The notes below the pieces were generated by a model. It was not told where the DNA came from, searched no databases, and saw nothing but the letters and a program-made list of their open reading frames with translations. The translations under genes and the position numbers were made by a program. From the NCBI GenBank assembly GCA_964057225.1, contig OZ059897.1, positions 15,314,001 to 15,378,000 of the forward strand: 64,000 bases of DNA, given 5' to 3'. Below, in pieces: positions 26,771 through 41,090 of this stretch. The first letter of the stretch is position 1. Each line of letters begins with the position of its first letter. Source of the stretch: Auanema rhodensis (Eukaryota; Animalia; Nematoda).

Positions 26771-27513
26771 TGCTTGAAATTTAAAGTACAAAACCATATC
26801 AAATTATTGAAAAACTACTTGAATACGTGCACATATCTGTTTCTCTCTCTCTCTGTGTTGCTCTAACTCTCTCTCTCTCTCCTTCTCACAATCTATCTCT
26901 TTCTTCCATCATCCTCTCTCTATTTTCTGTATATGTCCTTATTCACTTCTAAGTATTTTTTCAAAATCTTCTAAACTAAAAACAAAACGATTTGTTTATC
27001 TCAATACATTCATGTTATTCAATTATTTTACCTGTATGTCAGTGACTTTGCCAGATTAAAATGTGATTTTTTACAAAAAAATGCAAATAAAACAAGAAAT
27101 ATCGATCTAATTAAATTTTTTTCTCAAATAAAAGTATATTCATTCAAACTAATATGAATTAATAATAATAATAATAGTAAATCAGTAAAGAAACAAAAAT
27201 ATATAAATGAAAAATAAGATTAATATAGTCAAAATTCAGTATTGACCCAAACACACACAAAAAAAAGTTTTTGATGCTTATCAATATACTAATGAGCTTT
27301 CTTTTCAACAATTTAATATATAATTATATTATTTAAATATATAAATTATATAGTTATATAATTATATTATTAGAATAATTTATATTCAAAATCCAACAGT
27401 TTTGTTTATTTTTTAAAAACAAATTTCTTTTTTGATTTAAGTGAAAGAAGTTGTGAAAATAAAGATTTTTTCCTTTTTAATATTCAAACATACATGTATT
27501 GAATGAAACAACT

Positions 27514-28252
27514 TCATACAGCTGATGCTATTCTCCCGTCAAATGAATTCTGTTTCGGTAGTGATGAACCCGTTGTTGTGGATGTTCCAAGAGCTCGTCG
27601 CGGAGACAAGAAGTTGTCATCATCATCATCATCCGGACATTCAGATCCTCCTCGTAACGAAAATACTGAATTTCTTGCCCAGTAAAATGACATTCGAGTT
27701 CTCTGTAAGCATTTGATGACATTTCATTCGTAAATATGATTTATCTTGAAATATAAAAATATTTTTTCAATATAATTGTAGAAATTTTAATATAAAAAAT
27801 TGAAGTTTAAACATGTTAAATAAGAAATATATATATGTTTTATATAAAAAATAACTTAAATAGTTAAACACGGAAGTAATTTTAACTTTCAAATGTCTTA
27901 TTTATTTTCCCGAAAAAAAAAGGAAAAAGCTTTCAGCTTGGTTAGTAGTACCCTAATAATAAACATGAATTTCGATTCATAAATATTAAAAATAATAGAA
28001 TTTCGATTAAAAATATATAAAAATATATATTTATTTATGAATATTAAATAATATATTTTAAATTAAAATAAAAATAATTTATAATAAAAAAAATTTAATA
28101 ATTACCTGAACAACAGCATTTGGTAAATTTTGAATATCTTTAATACGACAGCAATGAAATATAACTACAACAGTAATTGTAAATATGAATAGTATTGAAC
28201 ACATGAAGATAGCTAATATAACAAGAAATGTTTCTGGAGATGATGAAAGCAT
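27514..28252 (-). CDS. Small (about 111 aa) single-pass membrane protein, two coding exons (28252-28106, 27702-27514), ending -SAV
   Basis: ttttcag acceptor just before the ATG. MLSSSPETFLVILAIFMCSILFIFTITVVVIFHCCRIK, phase-0 intron, then RTRMSFYWARNSVF...FDGRIASAV*. Confidence 0.7.
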
Positions 28253-30489
28253 CTTCTGAAAATAAAATATTTTTATTTAAAAATTAAATAAAAAATTCTT
28301 TTAAATTAATATTTAAAAAAGAAAAAAAAAGAAAATATTTCATAAGTTTAATTGATTATCGATGTACTATTCATGTTCATTCAATAACTAACAACACATA
28401 ACATGAAGTGTTTTTTCCATTAAAAAAAGAAAAAAAAAGGAAAAACTCGAAGCGATGAGAACAATCTTCTCTTCTCGCTGTCTAACAACATCGTTTTCAC
28501 TCTCTCCTCCTTCCTTCACAGCAAAAAAAAGCCAAAAAAAAAGAAAAATTCATCAGAAAATCCAATAAATCGTCAAAGTTTAAGCTGAAACATAAATTCG
28601 TAGAAAAATAATTTTGTGATAATCGTTACACATTCCAGCAAATAAATAAAAAATAGCTCAAAATAATTATTTCATTTGAAACAAAATAAAAGAATTTTTC
28701 TATATATGTATGTATATACATAGAAGACATGTTATCAATAATTTTTTTCATTTAAAATATAAAAAATTCAAATATTATAAACTTAAAGAAAAATAAAAAT
28801 TTTTTTTTATTAAAAAACATATTTCAATATTCTAAAATGTTTCTTTCAAATCTTTTTTTTTCTTTATAAAATTTTAAATAATATTAATATAATATTAATA
28901 ATACTTACATAAAGCTTTAAATTGAAATAAATGTACAAATTCAGTAAATGATTTGAAAAAAATAATTTTTTTCTCAAAAAAAAACAAATTATTTACGGAT
29001 CACGACCTAGTTGTTGTCTTGTCCAACGGTCGGAATACCGTTAAGATACTAGACCAAGATTTCAACTATGTTTCAGAGACTGAGTATTCTATTCTCATGG
29101 CTGCCCACCATTTCCACTCCTCTATGTTACTCTCTTCGTTTTCTTTTTTCTCTTTCTCTTTATTTCTTGTCTTTTAGTTGAGAGAATATACATATAGTAA
29201 AAGTAACAATATGGGGCAGGTCTCTGGAGCGCACTTCCTGTCTTGGTTTCTCCATCTTTATCTTTTCTCCCCTTTTCTAACAAGCCTTCGATCTGCCTTT
29301 TTCCCTCACTTTCATTCTCCATCTCTATACTTTCAATCTCTATTTTGATTCTCTCATCCATTCTCAGCCTCTTTCTGTTTCTTTTAGGAGTAACATACCA
29401 AGTCTCTTGTATTCAAACTTTTTCCGCCCCCGCTATCTCTGTCTATCTCGTTCTTTCCTTTTATGAATCCTTCTTAGTCTTTTTCCTTTTTTTATGAGAA
29501 ATTCTACCGATTTCAATAAATCGAATGAAGCTCATCCTTTGAAGAAGAGTAATCATATGTGGTATAAGGCGTTGCAAATGAAAGAGAGAAGACCAATTTG
29601 AGGCTTCTGATGTCAATTTCCGGAGTTCAATGTCAAAAACCAGTAACAATTCTGATTGAAGAAAGAAAATTATGAAAATAAAATGAAATGATATTTCATT
29701 TAACCGATAGAATTTGAATTTGAATCAGAATAAATTTAAAATGAAGCCAAAAAAAAAAGATGACGATGTACAAATACTTTGAACAGAAACACAGGATAAT
29801 CAGAATAAACTCAAAAGGAAATTATTTGGATAGAACTCAAATTTTCTATTCTTTCAGATGAGTTTTCATGAAATTCAATGTAATTTTCAACCCAATGATT
29901 ATACATAAATGAAAAATTTTGTTAAATAATAGAATTAGATTATAATAATTTTATATAAAATATAAACAAACTCACATATTTTGTTAGAAAACGTTTAGCA
30001 TTTTTGAGCAATTTTGTTGGGAAGCGATAGCAATTGCTTGAGATCGTTGAATACTTTTTCCAAATTTCATCCTTCACCACCTGTAACTACTCAATTGCTA
30101 TAGGTAGATTGAAGAAACAAAAAGAATGTTTTTCTTCTGATTCAATTGGAATATATAAGAAGTTTTCCTTTTAAATAAAAAAAAAACTAAAAATATTAAT
30201 ATTCTTCTTCATTTTATGCAAAAGTAATAATAGAAATTATACGATGTCAAAGATTTTTTAATAGAAAACATAATATGATTCATATAAAACAAATTTCTTT
30301 TATTATTATTATATATATATAGTTAATATTATAATAAATAATGTTTATTATATTATTATTCTTTTGTTTTTATTATAAAAATATGAATTGTTGCTATGAT
30401 TTTTAGTAGTATATAGATGAATCTTCTTATGTTATTTCTTACGCAGATGACACATTTCTTTATAGAAATATAAATTGATTTATTTGGTT

Positions 30490-31428
30490 ATGAAATATCA
30501 ACTTATTCCTTCTAAAATGTCTGAATATAATGTAAGTTTTTTATTAATTTTATATAAAATAAATAAAATTTTATTTTTTAATTATTATTATTTCAGAATT
30601 ATTGTATTCCAATATTAGCTATGATTATCTATTTAGTTCAAAGCTGTTCAGCAACATTAACGGTAAAAACTAAATATTTAAAATATAAAAATATTTATTT
30701 ATTATAACTATATGTATAAATATTATAATTTTTATTAATTTATATAAAAAATTTGTTTAGCTTTGGTTCATTTATACAAAAGACGAACAAGCTCCTCAAG
30801 TTCATTTTTCATTGGAATTATGTCAAGTTTTATTATCAAATATATTAATATTATTTGTAATTCATTCATTAATCTTTAATCAAGCTAAATATCGAACACC
30901 AATATTATTAATACAGGTTTTATATAATACAATAAAATATTATTTTAATAAATTATAATTTAGGCATCTTGTATAATTCTATCTGTTTTTGAAATTACTT
31001 ATTTATTTTTTTTCTGGCTTCCATGGAATGTATTGGAATTTTTGCCTACTGTAGCTGATAACTGTAGGTTTTGATGAGAATATATAAATATAAAATGAAT
31101 AACTTTTATTTATAAAAAATATAATAAAAATAATAATAATTTTATAATTTAGGTCCTAAATCTATGAAGAATATGAGCAAAGACATGTCAATATACTTTT
31201 CATCAGGTTATAATATCATCATTTATGTATTCAACTTCATTATATATTTCAGATTGCTCTAGTTTTGTATTTTTAATATTATTTCCTATTATTTGGAATT
31301 TAATAGCAGATATTCTTCTTTTACCAGCACATGCTTATGTAACTTCAAACTATTGGAGTTATGAATTTGATTTAATAGAACAAAATCGATTAATTGCTCA
31401 AAATTCAATTGAACGTCAAAAAAATTAA
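30490..31428 (+). CDS. Uncharacterised multi-pass membrane protein, about 6 exons
   Basis: Exons join in frame: MKYQLIPSKMSEYN|NYCIPILAMIIYLVQSCSATLT|LWFIYTKDEQAPQVHFSLELCQVLLSNILILFVIH...|ASCIILSVFEITYLFFFWLPW...|...|DCSSFVFLILFPIIWNLIAD...ERQKN*. The start codon is uncertain. Confidence 0.65.
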
Positions 31429-31943
31429 CAAAAATTGGAAATAAACAACTGTTTAAACAGATGAATATTGACTTGATTGTATATTTCATAGTATTTTATT
31501 AAATTATATAAATTGAAATAAGTATTGTTATCTTCTTTTATAATTATTTCAAATATTTAAAATAAATAAATTTCTTTTTTAATTTTTATATAATTATTTT
31601 ATTTTCTTAAATTTCAAACTTATAGTTGTATCTTCAGTCTCATTTTTATAACAAAGTTGTCAAAACATCGATTTATGGTAATTAATAAAATTTAAAAATA
31701 ATTTTAATATTAAAAAATATTTTTATTTATAAATAAAAATAAAAAATGATGTCATTAATATGTTATGAAGAATACATTTTAGCGTAATCTTTAAATGATC
31801 ATCTTAGTAATTAGAAAAGGAGTCACTTATCTTTAGAAATGATAAGAAATCCTTTAAAAAGGTTTTTTTTTGTTGTTTAATCAATGCTAATTAGTTTTTT
31901 CTCAATTTATCAATAAATTTTAAACAATTCTTCTTCTTTTCAG

Positions 31944-32879
31944 ATGAAAGGTATCTTTCTCCTCTGCTTTATATCCATTTCAAGCATTTATGCTGCACCT
32001 GCAGCCACAACCACACAGGTTTATTTCAATTTTCATTACCAAATTTACTTCTTAAAATTAAATTTAGAGTTTCAGTAGTTCTTTTGATACAATAGATGAA
32101 AGAAAAGTATATGCAGGGTGTTATCCAAAATTCAAAGGATATGATGCCGTTTTCCTATCAGCTTTTGATTCTTACAAAGAGGTTATGAATCCTTGGTTAA
32201 TAGAAAATATCAATTCTACTAAATTCAATGGATATCGAACTGAATTGTTTATTGAACTTAGTAGTAAATCTAAGAAAACACCATACCAAATTGTCAAAAC
32301 CATTTATGATACTTTGAAATCAAACAAAATTAGTCCAAACTTCATGTGGTTGAAGGTAATCAGTAAATTTAATTTTTTTTTAAATCTCTCAATTTTTTTT
32401 AAAGATTAAAAATCCCAAAAGATGGAGCAACTCTACTCGAGACAATATGGCCTACATCCGAACCTTTAGATCAGAATTATTGGTTAGTTTCTACAATCTT
32501 ATCGGTTTTCTCATAAACTATGTTTCAGAGTAGATCCATTAGAGTAGGATTTTACACAGAAAAGACCAGTTGGGAACAAATCACAGATAATGATACTTAT
32601 TTCTTTTTGGATCCACTTTGGTATCATTTCAAATATTATAAAGAATGATTTCAAAATATTCTTTTAGGTACGGATTTGACAACAAAAATGAAAAAAGTAA
32701 AGATTTCTCTGATTATGAAAAGATTGGAGGATGGGATCAACCAACTGCGAAATCATGGCTCACCGGATCATATTGCAATATTATGAATAAACTGTAAGTT
32801 CATAGATTGTATTTTAATAATTTTCAAATATTTCTTCAGAATGATTTACGTACCAGGATCGTTGAAATCTACAATTTAA
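31944..32879 (+). CDS. Divergent secreted protist-type lysozyme-like protein
   Basis: Signal peptide MKGIFLLCFISISSIYA, then GYDAVFL, RTELFI, FMWLK, RVGFYTEKTSWEQIT, PLWY, DFSDYEKIGGWDQPTAK, ending LKSTI*. Confidence 0.82.
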
Positions 32880-35342
32880 CTGAAATATGTTATGTTATAA
32901 CATGAATTGTAATAAAAATAAATAAATTCTTTTTTATTTCTTTAAAATAATTTATAAATTAATAATAATTTATATGAAAATATACATATAATATGCTCTT
33001 GATCACATGAATACAATGTTCTTTTATCTTTTTCTTTTAAAAAGAATTGATAAAATCGTCCAATCTTTAGACTATAATAACTAAAATATGATAATAATTC
33101 AAGATAATTAGTATTATCACTCAAACATTTGACCCATTATGTACCTTAAAACCAAAAATTGAAACCAAAAGCATGAAAATGTCTACATATATAGATAGAT
33201 ATAGATATCAAGGGTGTGGAAGTTCCGCCACGGTATTAAACCGGAAGCATTTACGCTCAATAGAAGATATGGCTACAACATGTAATTTAGATAAATATTA
33301 ACCAAGTTTTAAACAAACTTGTTACAAACTTAGTCATTACCAAATTTCCTAGAGAACTAGAGAGAGATGATGGAATAAAACTAGAGAGAGATGATGGAAT
33401 ATAGTTTTCATATAATTATAAGGAAAGTCTTCAATCAAAATATTTTTAAATGAAAAAACATAATTTTCATTTCCAATTATACTTATAGATATGTTTCTTT
33501 TTAACCGAATGATTTGGAATGATATGTACTTTATACAAATGAATCACTTAATAGAAAACCTGAGCCTCAAAATGGCAAAATACATGTTGTTCCTTGTATT
33601 AGAGAGCAAAGGCTTTCAAGAATTCGTTATAGTTTCAAACTTAATATTAATTCAATAATGTTTAAATATATATGAATTACCGGAAGTATAACATCATTAA
33701 GTTGTCTTGAAGTATTTTGGTATTTTGTGTAATTTTTGGCTAATTGAAAATCTATATATAAGCTCAAATAGATGCTTTCTGTTTGTCATTGCTACCAAAA
33801 ACCGCAGAAACGCGAAAAGTATTTGTACTGTCTGCTTCGAGCTATTTCCTTGAAAATCCTTGTTTAGGTTCTCTTCGCCTTCTGTAGTGGTTTATCATCA
33901 TTGTTTCCGGCCAGTCTGAGGGAGGATAGTAAACGGAGTACAGCGAGTTGAAGCTGGTGATAATCCATCTCTTGGTCATTGTTGTTCTAATCATCTCTCA
34001 TTCTCGTTAATGCCTTTTTCCCTCACCTCAGCGTATTTCTGTCGCTCTAAGCCCTATCTTTCGCACAATTTGGAAAATTCTTATTTTCTCTGTTTCTCAG
34101 AAGCATCTTCTGTATCTATTCGTCTTCTATTTGCAATTTTCGAGAGATTGCACCAAAGCGAGAACCTATTCCTGTTCACATTCTTCATGCCTATTTCCAT
34201 CTCAGTTATGATCTCATTTTCCAAATGTATGTATTTCAATGATTTTCATCCCTTTTTCTAAAATCACAAATATTGTGTTGAATATATAACAATGACATTC
34301 TTTTCGTGCATAGGTTTATATAACTTTAGGTTCTACATATGTGCTATGCGTTATGTGCTATTGCTTTTAATAGCATTAAGCCTAAAAGACCTAAATAACC
34401 AGATAACTGACTGACCAGAATTTCTCTTTTCAACTCAAATTTTCTATTTTTCATTCCCTTCTATATGATTCTTATAAGATTATTTTTCTCTTTATAGTAT
34501 ATTTCATGAAAGATATTCTTATTACGAAATAATGAAGAAGGTCATCTTCCATTTCATTTGCACATCCTATCATTCGTTTCCGGATCAGAGCTGAAATATT
34601 CTTTGAGTCATGATGATCCAATCTATTAAGACTATGATGATGAATGTCAGCTTCATCATTATCCATCTTTGTAATAGGTCTCAGTAATTAAAGTCATTGA
34701 TTGACAAATGAGAAGCACTATAACCAATGAGATTCTTTGTTGAAAGAGCTAAGCGAATGAGATTGTTTTTCTTTTTTTTTTATTTCTTGTAACATAAAAT
34801 TGTTTTTTCTTCAGGTCATTAATCCCTTTCATAAAAGCTCTTTTAGTACGTTTTTGTTAGAAAGAAATGAATTTTAACTTTCAAAATATATTCAATCGTA
34901 TCGTTATAAATCATATAAGTTAATATAAAATTATTTATATTTTATTTTCTTTATAATTTCTAAAAAATAAAAACTTTTTTCTTTTTTTTCAAATATTTTG
35001 TTCAAAAAATCAATTGATTTTCTTTAATTTCCTATAATTAATTATTTCTTTTGACAAAAGTTAAAGCATTTTTTAAAACTTTAACACCTGCTAGAGATAA
35101 TATTTTGAGTTTAATTTCTTTTCTTTTTCATTGAATTTCTTTTTATTTTAATTAAAGAATATTTTAATTCTAATAAGTCACAGATTTAGAAATATATTTT
35201 ATAATTAACTAGATCAAGCTGGAAGATTTCAAATGGTTTTGCCAAAGAAAGACATAATGCTGCTATTCAATGTCCTTTGAGATCCTAAATTGAACCTAAA
35301 TATTATGCCGTTCTTCATGCTTCTGTCCCTTTTCAACACTTT

Positions 35343-35374
<32 letters not shown>

Positions 35375-38300
35375 ACTGTTACTCTTTTTCCTAATTTGCC
35401 TCTTTAGCATTTTCTCTATTCTTTCTACCCGTTTCTTCCCTTATTTCTCTATGTTTCTCTTTCCATCTTGTTCACTCTCGTGCATGTTCTCTTCATGACC
35501 CAGCTACAGATCTTCCTTCGAGCCTCCTTTTGCAGGCCACCCTGTCTCTCTGACCACTTCACGTTCGTTGATCAATATTCTCCTCTGGTCAATGGGCTGA
35601 ACCTTCTGGCATCGGAGAAGAGCAATTGCACACAGGCATATACCAGAAACGGAATATAAGGCCGGAAGAAGCATGGCTTTCCGAACATGCGCATGGTTTC
35701 CTGGAGTTAAGTCGTTGCTAGTCAGGGCTAATTTTTTCTTTTCAACCACACTCTTGGACATTTGACCTCTATGTACATTTTGAACAGAAAACTTGTCTAA
35801 TCACTATTTCTCTTTATTTTTCAAGATTTCTAGCATATTGCTACACATCTATTCTCCCTCGTCTTTCAAATTTATTGGCAACTCTTTTTTTTCCTTCCAT
35901 TATGCCTTCCTGACCACTAACAGCCGCTTCTCAAGTGAAACTTGTCGGATTTGATTCTATGATGTCGGTGATGATCCCCGCATTTTTGAGAAAACTGAAA
36001 CAAGAGGCAAATATCAGACTTCACTATTACTGACAGTCAAGTTGAACAACTAGCTAATATGCTTATAAGGCATATGACAATGTATTTCTCACTTGCACAT
36101 CTTCTCACTCTCTCTCTCTCCCTCTCTCTTTCTCTCTCTCTTTCTCTCTCTTTTCATCTTTGTTTTTGCTTGTCTGCTTCTTATTTCACTTTCACTCTTA
36201 ATAGTAAGATCTCGACAAGATTCATGCTTCCATCAAACGAACTTTTCTTTGACTCCTGAGAGAATTGAGCTCTTAGTCGTTGTCGTTTCCATCTTCTCTC
36301 TTTCGTCCATTCATAAAACATAGCCACCAAACTAAGTCCATCGTTGCAGATGAGGTCTGTCAGTCCAAAGCCAATATTGTTGTCTTTTGAGAAATACGAT
36401 GACTGGCTGAAACATGCATGTCAGCATAAGCTGTATTTCCTTTTCACATAATTCTTTCTAATATTTTTTTTTATAAAAGTTATGATATGTATATATGTGT
36501 ATGGCATAAATTAACTGACAGAATTCATATGTTTTTTTTTTATTAAAAATGCTTTAGAAAGCTATTAGTATGTGGATAGATGATGTAGTATTCATTTCAT
36601 CTATCTCATTTTGGTTTACAAATGTTTTACGAGAGTTTTAAAGCTATGAAAGCTATTAGTACACATATGCTACTTAGATGAAGCAATATTTCATGCTATT
36701 TAGTCTTTTAAAACAATAAAATCATTGAAAGCCACCAAAAGGAACCAAAAATCTTCTTTTTTTTACAAAAAATAAACAAATATTAACAAATAATGTTGTT
36801 TTTGTGTTATATACTATAATTGAATAGTCATCTAATAAGATTTTATTATGCTTTCATCTAATGTTTTGACCCATATATGGCCTTAACTAGCCAACCGTCT
36901 GTTCATTTATCTATCTATCTATGTACATGTATGTATGTTCACAACATTAGTTATTTCTTCTTTTAGGTTCTAATCATTCTAATGAAACTTTATTATTCAA
37001 TGTATACTATGTATACAGTATACATTGAATAATAAAGTTTCATTAGAATGATTAGAACCTAAAAGAAGAAATAACTAATGTTGTGAACATACATACATGT
37101 ACATAGATAGATAGATAAATGAACAGACGGTTGGCTAGTTAAGGCCATATATGGGTCAAAACATTAGATGAAAGCATAATAAAATCTTATTAGATGACTA
37201 TTCAATTATAGTATATAACACAAAAACAACATTATTTGTTAATATTTGTTTATTTTTTGTAAAAAAAAGAAGATTTTTGGTTCCTTTTGGTGGCTTTCAA
37301 TGATTTTATTGTTTTAAAAGACTAAATAGCATGAAATATTGCTTCATCTAAGTAGCATATGTGTACTAATAGCTTTCATAGCTTTAAAACTCTCGTAAAA
37401 CATTTGTAAACCAAAATGAGATAGATGAAATGAATACTACATCATCTATCCACATACTAATAGCTTTCTAAAGCATTTTTAATAAAAAAAAAACATATGA
37501 ATTCTGTCAGTTAATTTATGCCATACACATATATACATATCATAACTTTTATAAAAAAAAATATTAGAAAGAATTATGTGAAAAGGAAATACAGCTTATG
37601 CTGACATGCATGTTTCAGCCAGTCATCGTATTTCTCAAAAGACAACAATATTGGCTTTGGACTGACAGACCTCATCTGCAACGATGGACTTAGTTTGGTG
37701 GCTATGTTTTATGAATGGACGAAAGAGAGAAGATGGAAACGACAACGACTAAGAGCTCAATTCTCTCAGGAGTCAAAGAAAAGTTCGTTTGATGGAAGCA
37801 TGAATCTTGTCGAGATCTTACTATTAAGAGTGAAAGTGAAATAAGAAGCAGACAAGCAAAAACAAAGATGAAAAGAGAGAGAAAGAGAGAGAGAAAGAGA
37901 GAGGGAGAGAGAGAGAGTGAGAAGATGTGCAAGTGAGAAATACATTGTCATATGCCTTATAAGCATATTAGCTAGTTGTTCAACTTGACTGTCAGTAATA
38001 GTGAAGTCTGATATTTGCCTCTTGTTTCAGTTTTCTCAAAAATGCGGGGATCATCACCGACATCATAGAATCAAATCCGACAAGTTTCACTTGAGAAGCG
38101 GCTGTTAGTGGTCAGGAAGGCATAATGGAAGGAAAAAAAAGAGTTGCCAATAAATTTGAAAGACGAGGGAGAATAGATGTGTAGCAATATGCTAGAAATC
38201 TTGAAAAATAAAGAGAAATAGTGATTAGACAAGTTTTCTGTTCAAAATGTACATAGAGGTCAAATGTCCAAGAGTGTGGTTGAAAAGAAAAAATTAGCCC

Positions 38301-38650
38301 TGACTAGCAACGACTTAACTCCAGGAAACCATGCGCATGTTCGGAAAGCCATGCTTCTTCCGGCCTTATATTCCGTTTCTGGTATATGCCTGTGTGCAAT
38401 TGCTCTTCTCCGATGCCAGAAGGTTCAGCCCATTGACCAGAGGAGAATATTGATCAACGAACGTGAAGTGGTCAGAGAGACAGGGTGGCCTGCAAAAGGA
38501 GGCTCGAAGGAAGATCTGTAGCTGGGTCATGAAGAGAACATGCACGAGAGTGAACAAGATGGAAAGAGAAACATAGAGAAATAAGGGAAGAAACGGGTAG
38601 AAAGAATAGAGAAAATGCTAAAGAGGCAAATTAGGAAAAAGAGTAACAGT

Positions 38651-38682
<32 letters not shown>

Positions 38683-41090
38683 AAAGTGTTGAAAAGGGAC
38701 AGAAGCATGAAGAACGGCATAATATTTAGGTTCAATTTAGGATCTCAAAGGACATTGAATAGCAGCATTATGTCTTTCTTTGGCAAAACCATTTGAAATC
38801 TTCCAGCTTGATCTAGTTAATTATAAAATATATTTCTAAATCTGTGACTTATTAGAATTAAAATATTCTTTAATTAAAATAAAAAGAAATTCAATGAAAA
38901 AGAAAAGAAATTAAACTCAAAATATTATCTCTAGCAGGTGTTAAAGTTTTAAAAAATGCTTTAACTTTTGTCAAAAGAAATAATTAATTATAGGAAATTA
39001 AAGAAAATCAATTGATTTTTTGAACAAAATATTTGAAAAAAAAGAAAAAAGTTTTTATTTTTTAGAAATTATAAAGAAAATAAAATATAAATAATTTTAT
39101 ATTAACTTATATGATTTATAACGATACGATTGAATATATTTTGAAAGTTAAAATTCATTTCTTTCTAACAAAAACGTACTAAAAGAGCTTTTATGAAAGG
39201 GATTAATGACCTGAAGAAAAAACAATTTTATGTTACAAGAAATAAAAAAAAAAGAAAAACAATCTCATTCGCTTAGCTCTTTCAACAAAGAATCTCATTG
39301 GTTATAGTGCTTCTCATTTGTCAATCAATGACTTTAATTACTGAGACCTATTACAAAGATGGATAATGATGAAGCTGACATTCATCATCATAGTCTTAAT
39401 AGATTGGATCATCATGACAAAATAATCTTATAAGAATCATATAGAAGGGAATGAAAAATAGAAAATTTGAGTTGAAAAGAGAAATTCTGGTCAGTCAGTT
39501 ATCTGGTTATTTAGGTCTTTTAGGCTTAATGCTATTAAAAGCAATAGCACATAACGCATAGCACATATGTAGAACCTAAAGTTATATAAACCTATGCACG
39601 AAAAGAATGTCATTGTTATATATTCAACACAATATTTGTGATTTTAGAAAAAGGGATGAAAATCATTGAAATACATACATTTGGAAAATGAGATCATAAC
39701 TGAGATGGAAATAGGCATGAAGAATGTGAACAGGAATAGGTTCTCGCTTTGGTGCAATCTCTCGAAAATTGCAAATAGAAGACGAATAGATACAGAAGAT
39801 GCTTCTGAGAAACAGAGAAAATAAGAATTTTCCAAATTGTGCGAAAGATAGGGCTTAGAGCGACAGAAATACGCTGAGGTGAGGGAAAAAGGCATTAACG
39901 AGAATGAGAGATGATTAGAACAACAATGACCAAGAGATGGATTATCACCAGCTTCAACTCGCTGTACTCCGTTTACTATCCTCCCTCAGACTGGCCGGAA
40001 ACAATGATGATAAACCACTACAGAAGGCGAAGAGAACCTAAACAAGGATTTTCAAGGAAATAGCTCGAAGCAGACAGTACAAATACTTTTCGCGTTTCTG
40101 CGGTTTTTGGTAGCAATGACAAACAGAAAGCATCTATTTGAGCTTATATATAGATTTTCAATTAGCCAAAAATTACACAAAATACCAAAATACTTCAAGA
40201 CAACTTAATGATGTTATACTTCCGGTAATTCATATATATTTAAACATTATTGAATTAATATTAAGTTTGAAACTATAACGAATTCTTGAAAGCCTTTGCT
40301 CTCTAATACAAGGAACAACATGTATTTTGCCATTTTGAGGCTCAGGTTTTCTATTAAGTGATTCATTTGTATAAAGTACATATCATTCCAAATCATTCGG
40401 TTAAAAAGAAACATATCTATAAGTATAATTGGAAATGAAAATTATGTTTTTTCATTTAAAAATATTTTGATTGAAGACTTTCCTTATAATTATATGAAAA
40501 CTATATTCCATCATCTCTCTCTAGTTTTATTCCATCATCTCTCTCTAGTTCTCTAGGAAATTTGGTAATGACTAAGTTTGTAACAAGTTTGTTTAAAACT
40601 TGGTTAATATTTATCTAAATTACATGTTGTAGCCATATCTTCTATTGAGCGTAAATGCTTCCGGTTTAATACCGTGGCGGAACTTCCACACCCTTGATAT
40701 CTATATCTATCTATATATGTAGACATTTTCATGCTTTTGGTTTCAATTTTTGGTTTTAAGGTACATAATGGGTCAAATGTTTGAGTGATAATACTAATTA
40801 TCTTGAATTATTATCATATTTTAGTTATTATAGTCTAAAGATTGGACGATTTTATCAATTCTTTTTAAAAGAAAAAGATAAAAGAACATTGTATTCATGT
40901 GATCAAGAGCATATTATATGTATATTTTCATATAAATTATTATTAATTTATAAATTATTTTAAAGAAATAAAAAAGAATTTATTTATTTTTATTACAATT
41001 CATGTTATAACATAACATATTTCAGTTAAATTGTAGATTTCAACGATCCTGGTACGTAAATCATTCTGAAGAAATATTTGAAAATTATTA
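32815..41090. repeat. Giant palindrome 1: arms 32815-37008 and 37017-41090, 8-nt spacer; right arm lacks 120 bp
   Basis: Mirror ORFs sum to 74025 (inner) and 73905 (outer). Boundaries and apex checked base by base. Confidence 0.95.

Noticed and set aside
29500-30170. Exon-like minus-strand segments (e.g. 30080-29976, VVKDEIWKKY...)
   Set aside because: Splice sites are plausible, but neighbouring segments contain in-frame stops. They may be UTR exons of the 28252 gene, and no CDS can be supported.
33355-33402. Short direct repeat actagagagagatgatggaata x2
   Set aside because: A simple local duplication with only two units, not an array.
34375-34400. Isolated TTAGGC/GCCTAA hexamers as telomere-addition or DNA-elimination marks
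   Set aside because: Only single occurrences, with no telomeric tract at either apex or at the junction.
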